From Octopus bimaculoides (Eukaryota), in NCBI RefSeq assembly GCF_001194135.2, contig NC_068991.1, positions 55,820,054 through 55,856,233 of the forward strand: a stretch of DNA of 36,180 nt. Direction: 5' to 3'. Each line of letters opens with the position of its first letter. Within the stretch, counting starts at the first letter, position 1. The position numbers and the translations under genes were made by a program. The notes beneath the pieces were generated by a model. The model was given only the letters and a program-made list of their open reading frames with translations. It made no database searches and was not told where the DNA came from. Shown here in pieces: positions 12,688 through 24,499 of the stretch.

Positions 12688-12806
12688 AAGAACAAACACA
12701 AGACTTCAGGGATACATCCAAGGTCGAAAACTGTAGTCGTACTAACAACATCGTGGTCAGATGGGTAGATCTCAAACATGTTGTATTCACCTGTACGAAG
12801 AAAAGA
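12688..12806 (+). CDS. Candidate internal coding exon B (119 nt, phase 1 to 0)
   Basis: Acceptor CCTCTCTCAG, donor AGA|GTGAGT; open frame (E)EQTQDFRDTSKVENCSRTNNIVVRWVDLKHVVFTCTKKR; phase matches exon A. Confidence 0.5.
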
Positions 12807-12989
12807 GTGAGTGCCAGGCAATGGTATAATTGTATCAATAGTCAGATTACTAGTGTATTCTTTACGACGCTTAAAGTATACCAAATCTCAAGAGACCCAA
12901 TTGTTTTAACCTCGGCAGTTCCAAATATTTGTAAAGATTTTTATCACTTTAGAACTTCCAACTGAAAGCTGCAGACACACGTAACATCT

Positions 12990-14110
12990 CGGGATCTGAG
13001 AAGAGAAAGAAATGGTCTTCTTTAAGATTCATACTTTGATCATGCTGCCGAAACCATCGGATTCGAGATAAAAAGAAAACATAAAGACAGGTTTAATAAG
13101 AACTCCAATACAGTCGGTAGACTTCTGAATGACATGTTGATGGCCAACAGAGCAATGCTAAACAATCGCTCATCACATATTCAGAAAAAAATGGTGAGTT
13201 CTTCGGAATGCAACTCAATACCCTCATCCAAGTCTGAAAAATTAATGGTTTATTTGCTAAAGCTCAAGAAATACAGCTTCATACAAGAAAGCATAAATAA
13301 ACTATGTTTATGGTGCGATAAATAACCTCTATGGCCTCAGGGATTGTTCTACAACAGTCAACAAATAGCACACTTGTACTGAAAGATCAGTCGACAATAA
13401 TGGAACAACGGATAGAGCATTTCAAGTTGCTCTTAAACCAGTCTGAACTAGTGAGTCCTGTAGTCATCGAGAAATTTTGTAATTCCTGTCATTCACCAAA
13501 CTGACAAACCTAAAACATTTGCTGAAATTTTCCTGTCATCAAAACGTTAAACGAAATCTCCTAAAGTAGACATTTCCGTAGACACCTTGAAGGAAAGAGT
13601 TACCTCTGCCAAAATGGCTATTCGTCGCTGCATCACAGAGGTGTAGAATCAGGAATATATACATCGACGTTGAAAAGATAACAACATCTCTATAAAAAAA
13701 GGAAGATTAATCTATTCGCTCTATACGTAGAGTGTATAGTACATTCCTATAGAAGTCCTAACTGGAGTAATACTGAAAAGACATCTAATCAACGTCAGAA
13801 AATATCACACCACAATCATAGTACGGTATCTTCGGGAATCGATCTACAATTAAAATAATTTTCGTTACAGAGCAACTTCAGGAGAAATGCAACGAGCAAC
13901 AGTGGGAACTGTTCAGGTTTTTTTTTCTGTCAAAAGCTATTGATACCATAAGCAAGGTACTTCGGTGGTATGTTCTCGGGTAGTCTCGCTGCCCAAATTC
14001 ATAAATCTTCTCTGTCATACAACAATGATGGTTCGAGTTGCTGGAGTACAAAAATCAAAAATCTTTCAGTGTAAAAATCAAGAGTTAGGCAAGGCTACGA
14101 GTTATAATAA
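12990..14110 (+). mobile_element. Decayed RTE-clade LINE ORF2 fragment (linker and start of RT)
   Basis: Pieces in shifting frames: AAETIGFEIKRKHKDRFNKN, KAQEIQL, LKDQSTIMEQRIEHFKLLLN, RSTIKIIFVTEQLQEKCNEQ, SKAIDTIS. These match RTE/BovB motifs (KHQDWF, WAEHF..LLN, QLQEKC.EQ, KAFDTV). Confidence 0.8.
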
Positions 14111-14870
14111 AAGGTGTTCCTACTGTGATCATCCTGTATTTCCCTAGACCTGCTACTTCTAAAGCATTATCAAATGTATCCTTTTTTTTTCTCGAACAAC
14201 AGAGGTCGAAAGTTTGCGTAGAATCTTCTTTGTTCATCTTTTGTTATTGTCTGTTTTTACTTATGTTTTTTGTTTGTTTGTTGTTTTGTTTTTTTGTATA
14301 TATGCGTGTGTGTATACTTGTAAGCATATATGTATATGAGTGTGCGGGCATGTATTATTACATACAGGTATGTATAAGTATGCCTCAGTTTTTCCAAACG
14401 TGTTAATACGAGTGGAATTAAAAAGCTAACTACATATACACACATGATGAGATAAATAGTCACATAAACAGATGGGTGAATTAGTCTTAAGATACTTTAT
14501 GTGCATATATGTTAGGTACGGTACCCAGGTGGCTGTTTTGATTTAATGTTATTTCAATTGTGTACACCGAATCTTAATATATTTAATGAAAGTGTACTAA
14601 AATGCCAACTTGAAATGTGATACAAGAGATCGCACTCATAGATTCGTACTTTAGGGTTCATATATCTATTGTGGGGACCCTTAGAAAAATATGTGGAAAT
14701 TTCTGGTGAAGCAAGTAGACAAGTTAGTGCTACGTATTTAATGTAGGGAGCATTAAAAACAAATTAATTTAAATTAATTACATGGTATGATAGGCGGATG
14801 CATAGTTAAACTGATAGCATATTTAATGCAAAAGGAATTTAAAGGCTAATTTAAAATAAATACGTAGGTG

Positions 14871-14929
<59 letters not shown>
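14871..14929. repeat. (GATA)n microsatellite
   Basis: Direct reading. Confidence 0.95.
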
Positions 14930-16340
14930 CGGAATGAGAATTAACAATTATAATGGAATATTAAGGACATTAAAACATAATTGTATGGCAATAAAAATAA
15001 ATTGACATACCAAAAGAAATATAAATTGATGTTAACAATTTCAATACAAGAATTATCAATAATCATTAGAACTAATTATGTGACTCAGACAATAGGCAAT
15101 TGATGACATTGGAAAACATTCCCATGAATACGCCCGGCTTGAAAAAACAACATGATTAATTATAATCAACTGAGAATGAACTTTTTGAAGTGAGCCAAAA
15201 AGATCTTTAGTCAATTGAAATTACTGCCGTAATTAGAAGAAAAACCGTTTAGCTTCATGGCTTGAGTTCAAATTCCGCTGTGGTTAAGACGAATTACAGA
15301 TTAAGTCTTTTGGTTTAACACTGCCACTTGTCACATTGAGTAACTTTAGCAGAGTCTACTGTTGCAAGCATGCAGGTCAGACTTCTGCTTTGAGGATAAT
15401 TACGTCCTTCCTTGCCACTTCTACTCTTGGAGACCTTTTAAAGTGCTATGAACATAGTCTTTGCTCCTGATAAAAAGATAATAAAAAAATATGTGATAAG
15501 TAAGTATAGCATAAACTCTTTAATTCTGAAAGACAGACTCTGGAGCCTGCGGTACATTAAAATTATTGATTAATCATTAACCAAAATAAACACGTATCAA
15601 GGAAAGTGAGGGACACCACAGAAATGGCAAATAGTTTACGGCACAAAAGAAATCACTTTAAACTTGCTAAAATAATATTCGGAATACCTTATCTCTACTA
15701 AGCATAGAGTCAGACATGTTACGTAAGATTAATTTTGTGGATCTTATAAAAGATTGCAATAACAAAAAGAGAAAACTTTTCATATAAAGTACAAGTATTC
15801 AAAAATAAACATTATTTTCGATCTTATCCTAAGTTTTGTTTCATTTTAATAAATAAGAATTTATCTTATGATTTATTTTTATTTGTATTTTGAATTACAT
15901 ACATATATGGAGGCACCAAAATATTTAAGTGAGTAGGGACTATATGGGTCTTAATCCAGTCCTTGATAAAATTGACCCAATCCAAGTTGGGAAGTGATCA
16001 GAAAGGGAGAACATTCCACTACAAAAGTCATCCAATCAACCAAAATGTAAAAACGTATTCAGGGACGCGGATTTCATTACAACAATAGAGGAAACCCACT
16101 GAGAAAAGGGTAATGACCGAATAAAATAATCTCATACTCTATAGTGAAAGATGTAAAGTGGTTAATGATGAAATTTGATGAAAGTTTATCTATCGGCAAA
16201 ATTCAAGTCAGAAGCAATGATATTAAGTTTCCTTCATCTGCTCGTGCGATCAACAAAATAATAAAACTATTTGTATAAAAAAAGTGGGGAAACTAAAAAC
16301 CGCGACGCTATAAATAAACTGGAAATTTCTTTCATTCTAG

Positions 16341-16384
16341 ATGAACCAGCAAATCAAAATTTCAGAGTCACATCCTGTTACAAA
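16341..16384 (+). CDS. Candidate small exon C (44 nt, phase 0 to 2)
   Basis: Acceptor TTTCTTTCATTCTAG, donor AAA|GTAAGT; MNQQIKISESHPVT(K). A second frame is also open. Confidence 0.4.
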
Positions 16385-16424
16385 GTAAGTCATCCTATCA
16401 TAGGCACTTAGCAATCTATCTATT

Positions 16425-16474
<50 letters not shown>

Positions 16475-16916
16475 TTGACATAAAGATATGTATATATATA
16501 TATATATATATANNNNNNNNNNNNNNNNNNNNNNNNNNNNNNNNNNNNNNNNNNNNNNNNNNNNNNNNNNNNNNNNNNNNNNNNNNNNNNNNNNNNNNNN
16601 NNNNNNNNNNNNNNNNNNNNNNNNNNNNNNNNNNNNNNNNNNNNNNNNNNNNNNNNNNNNNNNNNNNNNNNNNNNNNNNNNNNNNNNNNNNNNNNNNNNN
16701 NNNNNNNNNNNNNNNNNNNNNNNNNNNNNNNNNNNNNNNNNNNNNNNNNNNNNNNNNNNNNNNNNNNNNNNNNNNNNNNNNNNNNNNNNNNNNNNNNNNN
16801 NNNNNNNNNNNNNNNNNNCATACACATATTTATATATACTAACACATATAAAATATTTATGTTTTAATGTGTGTGAATGTGTATATATATATCTATGTAT
16901 GCAGGAATTAATTATA

Positions 16917-16980
<64 letters not shown>
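16425..16980. repeat. (TAGA)n, (TA)n, gap, (TG)n cluster
   Basis: Direct reading; N gap at 16513-16818. Confidence 0.9.
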
Positions 16981-16984
<4 letters not shown>

Positions 16985-16988
16985 AGTA

Positions 16989-17040
16989 TACCGTATTTGA
17001 TGACATAAAAAACGCACGGGCATATTAGACGCACCCCACT
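16989..17040 (+). mobile_element. Possible pogo/Tc2-type terminal repeat remnant
   Basis: TA-CCGTATTT...AAAAACGCAC...TATTAGACGCACC resembles pogo/Tc2 ends with two TAAGACGCAC subrepeats; partner end not found. Confidence 0.4.
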
Positions 17041-17922
17041 TTCAGCAGCGCATATTCAGGAAGGAAGTTTTTAGCGCATGAAGGCTGGGTCCTAAATACA
17101 ACTTTTCATGTACGACCTGGGATGATTTTTAAAGACATTTCTTTGAAGTGCCTGTTATATACCATCAAATATGATATATACCTCTTTTCTTTCTTTCTTC
17201 TCTTCTTCTCCTGTCCTCTCTTAGCATCTTACCTCTCTATCTTTGTCTCTATGCCTTCCCCTTTTTTCTCTCTTCTACCACTATCCCGTGACCCGTGACC
17301 ATTTTCTTTTCAACTTCCTTTTTCGCTGACCGCTCACTTGTTTAGTCATGCTTCTCCTAGCCTTTCACGTTTTCTACTTTCAACTTCGGTTTCGTTTTTC
17401 ACACTTTTCGCCTTTCCAATCCTACAGGACATTTTCCATTGCGTTACTTCCATTGCATTACACGTCTTGTCTTGCCTCAACCCCACGGCCTTATTTGTTT
17501 GTATAATGTATAATTTATTTTGTTTGTATATTTACATTTATACCTATGCCGTATTCGCATTTGTTTGCGTCACTGAAATCAACGTTCACTCACTATTCCC
17601 AATAGCTACTCGCTGTTGACGCCACCATAGTTAACAATATTATTGTTAAAGGCGTGAAATTGTAATCATATTTTGGACGATGACTGACGAGGAAAGAGCA
17701 TGTCTATGTCTTGTGTGTGAATTTTCCGTTCGTTCCTTACCGTGCTTCTGTTTAATTTTTGAAACATATATTATATGCCTGGCCTTGCGCCCTCAACCAC
17801 TTGACAGAGACGTAGAGGGCTAATCTCCCTCTCATGTCTGATCACACACCAATTTCTTCCAGAATAAATACCGACAGGCAGAAAGAAGATTGAGAAAGGG
17901 CAAAACCTGACATCTTTGTAAG

Positions 17923-18000
17923 GCTGGATTAATACTTTATTATCGACCCAGAAATGATTAAAAGATGAGTTGACCTCGACGTCATTCGAACTCAAAGTGC
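17923..18000 (-). mobile_element. SINE family A fragment
   Basis: Reverse complement reads GAGTTCGAATGACGTCGAGGTCAAC..GGGTCGATAATAAAGTA. Confidence 0.65.
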
Positions 18001-18054
18001 AGAGAATGATTAGTACAAAGCAATGCATATTCGAATCACAACGATAAACATATT

Positions 18055-18300
18055 CTTTTATTCTTTTCTTTGACTTGTTTCAGTCATTTGACTTAAGGTA
18101 TGCTGGAACACCGTCTCGAAGGGCTTTCGTCGAAGAAATCGACCCCAGGACTTAATCTTTGTAAGTTTAGTACTTATTCTATCGGTCTCTTTTACCGAAC
18201 CGCTTATTGCGAGAATGTAAACACACCAACATTGGTTGTGAAGGTACGGTGCGGGGGCAAACACAGGCACAAAAATACACACACATAAATATATATGTAC
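18055..18300 (-). mobile_element. SINE family B, 3' half, broken by the gap at its internal microsatellite
   Basis: Aligns with 26740-26940 (GCGGTTCGG.AAAAGAGACCGATAGAATAAGTAC..GGGGTCGATTT..AATGACTGAAACAAGT). Confidence 0.85.
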
Positions 18301-18893
18301 NNNNNNNNNNNNNNNNNNNNNNNNNNNNNNNNNNNNNNNNNNNNNNNNNNNNNNNNNNNNNNNNNNNNNNNNNNNNNNNNNNNNNNNNNNNNNNNNNNNN
18401 NNNNNNNNNNNNNNNNNNNNNNNNNNNNNNNNNNNNNNNNNNNNNNNNNNNNNNNNNNNNNNNNNNNNNNNNNNNNNNNNNNNNNNNNNNNNNNNNNNNN
18501 NNNNNNNNNNNNNNNNNNNNNNNNNNNNNNNNNNNNNNNNNNNNNNNNNNNNNNNNNNNNNNNNNNNNNNNNNNNNNNNNNNNNNNNNNNNNNNNNNNNN
18601 NNNNNNNNNNNNNNNNNNNNNNNNNNNNNNNNNNNNNNNNNNNNNNNNNNNNNNNNNNNNNNNNNNNNNNNNNNNNNNNNNNNNNNNNNNNNNNNNNNNN
18701 NNNNNNNNNNNTTAATGAATAAAAATTTTTCTGATAGAATAAATGGGTTAATAGAAACCAATGTAGCAAAGAACACAAAATAACTGTGGTTAGCTCCTGT
18801 TTTTAAGGCAGGAACTCCTTGAAATTTTGGGTATTTGAGTATATTTAAGAATTTAAGGATTGGAGAAAACGCATGTTATAATTGCATACTTTA

Positions 18894-18977
18894 TTCCTAC
18901 ATATGTTTCAAAGGATTACAACCTGTGTGATCCATAGGGATCTTTGATATTAAAATTGTAACCTTCTCATCAGGGAA
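18894..18977 (-). ncRNA. Minimal type-I hammerhead ribozyme motif (HHR-1)
   Basis: Minus strand: TTCC-CTGATGA-GAAGGTTACAA..TTGTAATCCTTT-GAAAC-ATAT-GTA-GGAA. Stem I 4 bp, stem II ~11 bp with a bulge, palindromic stem III ACATATGT, GUA triplet. Confidence 0.7.
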
Positions 18978-19249
18978 AGCGTGGGAATCATCTTAAACGT
19001 AAGACATTATGACCGATTATGAAAACAATAGATGGATAAGGTTATGACTTGATTCATTTGAAAAAAACCGTTAGAGAATATAGTGATGGCTTGTTGCCAA
19101 CTTAATGTGGCAGTCCAAGGAAAGGGAAATATGCTGCTGCAATTTATCCCCAAGAAACACCGTTTCTAGTTCGCTACGTGATACAAGCATTCTGTGTCCT
19201 TAAGTTTTCAAACAGAGGAGATAAGCACCTCCACCCAACAAAGCCAGCA

Positions 19250-19290
19250 TCCAGAGACTAGTTTCAGTCTAATTGCCCTTCATCAGTCTG
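19250..19290 (-). ncRNA. Hammerhead motif in left arm (HHR-2, damaged stem II)
   Basis: Minus strand: CAGA-CTGATGA-AGGG-CAATTA-GACT-GAAAC-TA-GTC-TCTGGA. Confidence 0.55.
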
Positions 19291-19326
19291 TGCGATTAGC
19301 ATCGACAGTTAGCAAAGCCAAGCTAC

Positions 19327-19369
19327 TCCAGACTGATGAAGAGCAATTACCCTGAAACTAGTCTCTGGA
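19327..19369 (+). ncRNA. Hammerhead motif in right arm (HHR-3)
   Basis: TCCAGA-CTGATGA-AGAG-CAATTA-CCCT-GAAAC-TA-GTC-TCTGGA. Stem I 6 bp, stem II 3 of 4 pairs, palindrome ACTAGT, GUC triplet. Confidence 0.72.
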
Positions 19370-19657
19370 TGCTGGCTTTGTTGGGTGGAGGTGCGTATCT
19401 CCTCTGTTTGAAAACTTAAGGACACAGAATGCTTGTATCATGTAGCGAACTAGAAACGGTGTTTCTTGGGGCTAAATAGCAGTAGCATATTTCCCTTTCC
19501 TTGGACTGCCACATTAAGTTGGCAACAAGCCATCTCTTTATCGTGCTACTAATTGAACGAAACACCTAAGCTCCACGAGGCTTCGGCAGTGGTTGGTGGC
19601 GACCCCTGTTGTACTCTTTCGCCCCAACTTTCTCTCACTCTTTCTTCCTGTTTCTTC

Positions 19658-19762
19658 AGTAACGCTGCGATGGACCGGCGTCCCGTCCAGCTGGGGGGGA
19701 ACACATACACCATAGAAACCGGGAAACCAGGCCCATGAGCCTGGCTAGGCTTTGAAAGGGCG
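19658..19762 (+). mobile_element. SINE 3' part (probably family C)
   Basis: GTAACGCTGCGATGGACCGGCGTCCCGTCCAG resembles the V-SINE-like GCGATGGACTGGCG..GTCCAG block as I recall it. Confidence 0.5.
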
Positions 19763-20188
19763 ACGTTAATCGTTTTATNNNNNNNNNNNNNNNNNNNNNN
19801 NNNNNNNNNNNNNNNNNNNNNNNNNNNNNNNNNNNNNNNNNNNNNNNNNNNNNNNNNNNNNNNNNNNNNNNNNNNNNNNNNNNNNNNNNNNNNNNNNNNN
19901 NNNNNNNNNNNNNNNNNNNNNNNNNNNNNNNNNNNNNNNNNNNNNNNNNNNNNNNNNNNNNNNNNNNNNNNNNNNNNNNNNNNNNNNNNNNNNNNNNNNN
20001 NNNNNNNNNNNNNNNNNNNNNNNNNNNNNNNNNNNNNNNNNNNNNNNNNNNNNNNNNNNNNNNNNNNNNNNNNNNNNNNNNNNNNNNNNNNNNNNNNNNN
20101 NNNNNNNNNNNNNNNNNNNNNNNNNNNNNNNNNNNNNNNNNNNNNNNNNNNNNNNNNNNNNNNNNNNNTATATATTATTTACTATTTG

Positions 20189-20222
20189 TTATTTAATATT
20201 GAACGCGACGCATCCATTTCCG

Positions 20223-20266
<44 letters not shown>

Positions 20267-20308
20267 TATATACTCGGAAATGGATGCGTCACGTTCAATA
20301 TTAAATAA
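20189..20308. repeat. 35-bp inverted repeat enclosing a (TA)n(CA)n spacer
   Basis: Arms 20189-20223 and 20274-20308, 1 mismatch. Confidence 0.9.
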
Positions 20309-20319
20309 ACACGACGTGT

Positions 20320-20377
20320 ATGCATGTATGCATGTATGTATGTATGTATGTATGTATGTATGTATGTATGTATGTAT
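20320..20377. repeat. (TATG)n microsatellite
   Basis: Direct reading. Confidence 0.95.
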
Positions 20378-20744
20378 ACGCACAAATGGTCATATTTATG
20401 TATACATAGAAAGGAACAAGACAGAGAGAATGTGTTCTGTGGAGAAGCAATTAAGTATACAATTCTGAAAATTGCGTAAGCTAAAATAACATTAGTTAAA
20501 ACTGCACAAATTTTGCTCTGGTATTTATTTTCCACTCATTCAGTAAACACACGGGACGGTTTTTAGTAAAGTGTGTTCACGTGCCTGTGTATACCTTTGT
20601 TATATATCTTTTGTTTTTGTGTATAAATCTTGTATATATATATTTAGAGCGTATTTGTGGTGGTGGTGGTGGTGGTGGCAATTTCTTCGTACCCGAGGAT
20701 CATGGGGAAGAGGCTGAGGTCGCTATAGAACACGATCGATGGCA

Positions 20745-20904
20745 GCAACTCAAGCACTTGACTGGTTCTGTATTTTATCGATATCGAAGGGTTGCAAAGC
20801 AAAGTTGAGCTCTGCATGATTTGAATTGAAAACGTAATGTGCTGGAAGAAATTTTGCTTAGGATTTTGTCCGGCGTGCTAACGTTTCTGCCAATTCGCTG
20901 CCTT
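20745..20904 (-). mobile_element. SINE family A
   Basis: Reverse complement begins GGCAGCGAATTGGCAGAAACGTTAGCACGCCGGACAAAAT. Confidence 0.85.
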
Positions 20905-21274
20905 GAACAAATAGAAGTTACTTGAACTTTTATGAGCCTCACCGACTTCCTGGTTTCCTCATCTCTTACGAATCTCAGGATATGTTTTTATAAATATTTT
21001 TCTCACATTTTTTAAAAGTATTTCTTTTAGTCTGGCAAAGAAATAGTTTGAAATGACATCACGTAATAAGCGTTCTTTTAAATATTTATACACCATCTAA
21101 ATAGAGGAGTATGATTTAGTAAAAAAAAAAAAAAAAGATGGTCTTTTAGAAATATTTCTATTATGACGTAATAATCATCACATTTTCTTAACGAAAATCG
21201 ACTTTGTATACTTTTATTTCATATCGTTTCATTCAGTATGCACCAACAGCTGTATTACATAAACCATCGGGAAA

Positions 21275-21911
21275 TAATATTTATGCCCACTTAAATGTGG
21301 ATGTTCTGTTAGAACAAACTATGCTGTGGTAGATACTCTGAGAGAAATTCTCATATCAGCTTTTAGTGCGAAATGAATTCTTGATTATCACTGGCAGGGA
21401 GATAAATCCCCACCATCTCCTGCGCCGCGACCACCAGATCATGTGATTTCGACCATCCTGGATTTTGTCAATGATGGACACTCGACCGCTAAAGATAGCA
21501 GCGACTCATCTCTTCGACAGCGAAAAACAGAATAACATGCCAGAACAGGCACTGGCGTCGTGATTAACTAGTGAGCTTGTTAAAAAATATATATTAGCAA
21601 CAGAGGCAGTATTAATACCAAAAGGTAATATTTATCCTCACTTAAACGCGGGTGCTCTGTTAGAACAAATTATACTGCAGTAGATACCACGAGAGAAATT
21701 CTCATATTGGGTTTTGGTGCAAACCGCGACACCAGCGCCTGTTCTGGCATTGTTTTTCGATATATCGCTGGTGGTAGGATGATTCGCTCTTGTTTCTAGC
21801 AGTCGAGCGTCCATCATTGACGAGGTCAAGGAAGGTCGAAACCACGTGATCTGGTGGCTTCGACGCTGGAAATGGCTGGGATTTATCTCCCAGCTAGTGA
21901 TATAAACAAGA
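21275..21911. repeat. Compound duplication: direct 95-bp block plus inverted ~185-bp block
   Basis: 21275-21369 matches 21626-21720 directly; 21378-21562 matches the reverse complement of 21725-21911. Confidence 0.8.
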
Positions 21912-23035
21912 GTGCAATAATCAACAAATTATGACGCCATAAAAGAAATGCACTAAAATTATCATCTATTAATAATAAACGCGAAATTCTGTCTTTCAGG
22001 GACCTTTGTATTTCAGTCTACATTTTCTCTAAATAGACACATACCTTTTAGGAATCAGCATGATCCCGGGATTGAAAATCTGTCCTTCATTTAGTTCTTG
22101 AACATCCAGCGTTGGGATCTGACTTAAAAGTATTTGGGTTGCTATTTCTAGCAGGTAAAGCTTTGCTGATTCACGCCATCTTGCTTGGCATTTGTCAGAT
22201 GACATCAGAGATCAAAAGGGAGATAAATGACATCCGCTTTGTTAATTTTACGTCGAGATAAGAACTTTGGAACAAATTGACCGACAGTTGGAATTCAACT
22301 TGGGACTGGAACAATAGAATGATTGCTTTACAGAATTAATTCTTCTCCATCCTTAACCTCTGATCAAACACCACTGGGGCATAAAGTCATTAGAAACGTA
22401 TTATAGTCATGCTATTTAGCTCTCTTTAGTTTTGGGTCGCAGGCTCAATTAGCCCTCCGCAGGAGCTAGCTTAAAAGTCTGCACAGAGTGCAGCTTATAA
22501 GCTAGTATAAAATATAGAGCTAAAAGAAGAGCATCAAATATATTTCTTTTCATTTTCTGTGCTGAATAATCTTAGTTGAAATGACATCATAAAAGAACAT
22601 TTTGCAAAATTAAGCAAAACGTCTTGCAACATGAAACCATTGAAATAACTGCCAGCTAGACGGACGACGAGACACAGCTCGTGTTATAATGTAGATGGAT
22701 GTTGTAAAATATATACATGCTGTAAACGACATATAATGCAACATTAATACTATTAAATCAGCTTATCATAATGAAAAAGATACCAAGAGTTTTCATACAT
22801 TTACAAAAAAAAAAGACAATTTAAAAGCATTCACTTCTAGTAAAGGTTGATTTCAAAGTTTCAAACGACAGGATAATTTAAATAGATCCACCAGTAACCA
22901 GAGAATTTCCCGGGTTCTATAGAGTATCATCGATCGTGTCAATTACTATCTCCAACTTATGTATTTAATGTACATGAAACAGGCCCTTTTCTAGAAAAGA
23001 ACGCCTTCCTGTATCTTCAGCTCCTTTCCCACTCA

Positions 23036-23040
23036 CTCTC

Positions 23041-23102
<62 letters not shown>
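23036..23102. repeat. (CT)n microsatellite
   Basis: Direct reading. Confidence 0.95.
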
Positions 23103-23105
<3 letters not shown>

Positions 23106-23198
23106 AAAATTATCTGTGTTCAAGGCTAGAAGAGATCGTAGTTGGTGGTGGTGATTTAGAGTACTTCAAACTGAAGCCGATACTAGTTTATCTTTCAG

Positions 23199-23260
23199 AA
23201 ACATCTCGACCAACGAAGGAATATCAGAACTACATCTTTCTATCGAAATCAAACAAAAAG
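23199..23260 (+). CDS. Candidate exon D1 (62 nt, phase 2 to 1)
   Basis: Acceptor TTTATCTTTCAG, weak donor AAG|GTTTAG; (K)NISTNEGISELHLSIEIKQK; bridges the phases of exons C and E. Confidence 0.3.
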
Positions 23261-23757
23261 GTTTAGATAACAATAAACATTTTCACACCGGGTTTTGTCA
23301 TACTTTTGTCCAACAGTGAAAAGATATTGCGAAGAACACGACCTTGATTCTTAAGTGCTTTTTACAGTTAATAATTCTCCAGTCAATCCCCAGAATCTTT
23401 ATGCCTTTCAGACTTGCATCCTGTTAAAGTACAACGAATGGTTAGACTAGACGATGGCTCGTCGTAAATAAAATACGGGACGAGCTGGTGGCATGTTTGT
23501 ATTTGCACATGTCCCTGTTAAAGTAGTTAACCACCAAACTACAATTCCTTACCACAAACCATGTAATTTCTAATGCCATGGTCTTCTACCTTCGTTGTTC
23601 TTTCAAAAAATACTTGTTGAAGAAATAAATGGCCAAGATAAACAATCTATCAAGCGTGTTTGGAAAAATCTATAGTATTGTAACAGCTCTAGCCTGAAAA
23701 ACAAAGTAAAGTGTAACTTGAGTTGGGATATTAAAATTCAGTTTCAATTAGTTCAGT

Positions 23758-23878
23758 CCGGGTTCAGTCCCACTGCGTGGCACCTTGGGCAAGTGTCTTC
23801 TACTATAGCCTCAGGCCGACCAAAGCCTTGTGAGTGGATTTGGTAGACGGAAACTGAAAGAAGCCCTTAGTATATACG

Positions 23879-23921
<43 letters not shown>
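23758..23921 (+). mobile_element. SINE family B, 5' half, running into microsatellite and gap
   Basis: GGTTCAGTCCC B-box-like motif, then GGCACCTTGGGCAAGTGTCTT (similar to the MIR CORE), then (TA)(TG)n. Confidence 0.88.
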
Positions 23922-24265
23922 NNNNNNNNNNNNNNNNNNNNNNNNNNNNNNNNNNNNNNNNNNNNNNNNNNNNNNNNNNNNNNNNNNNNNNNNNNNNNNN
24001 NNNNNNNNNNNNNNNNNNNNNNNNNNNNNNNNNNNNNNNNNNNNNNNNNNNNNNNNNNNNNNNNNNNNNNNNNNNNNNNNNNNNNNNNNNNNNNNNNNNN
24101 NNNNNNNNNNNNNNNNNNNNNNNNNNNNNNNNNNNNNNNNNNNNNNNNNNNNNNNNNNNNNNNNNNNNNNNNNNNNNNNNNNNNNNNNNNNNNNNNNNNN
24201 NNNNNNNNNNNNNNNNNNNNNNNNNNNNNNNNNNNNNNNNNNNNNNNNNNNNNNNNNNNNNNNNN

Positions 24266-24266
24266 G

Positions 24267-24326
<60 letters not shown>

Positions 24327-24327
24327 T
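24266..24327. repeat. (GTGC)n microsatellite
   Basis: Direct reading. Confidence 0.95.
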
Positions 24328-24499
24328 GGATGATAGTCTCTCATGGTCCTAGAAAGACAGCTCTGCAATCTCTTGCTGAACTACCTGCACAAATGATTTG
24401 TTCATAATGATCAAATGTATGTGCTGTACATTACCTCACTCCCGCCATAAAATAAATACTGCCTGAACAGGTCTACGGTCTGCTACATGTCGAGTGTCA

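Larger units (their letters stand above)
19085..19534. repeat. Long inverted repeat: 206-bp arms (19085-19290, 19329-19534), 38-nt spacer
   Basis: Manual alignment gives 8 mismatches and no indels. Confidence 0.95.

Noticed and set aside
12684-12884. Minus-strand ORF with PSDHDVV resembling an APE endonuclease SDH motif
   Set aside because: A single short motif, opposite in strand to the adjacent RTE fragment; the + strand exon B with strong splice sites explains the region better.
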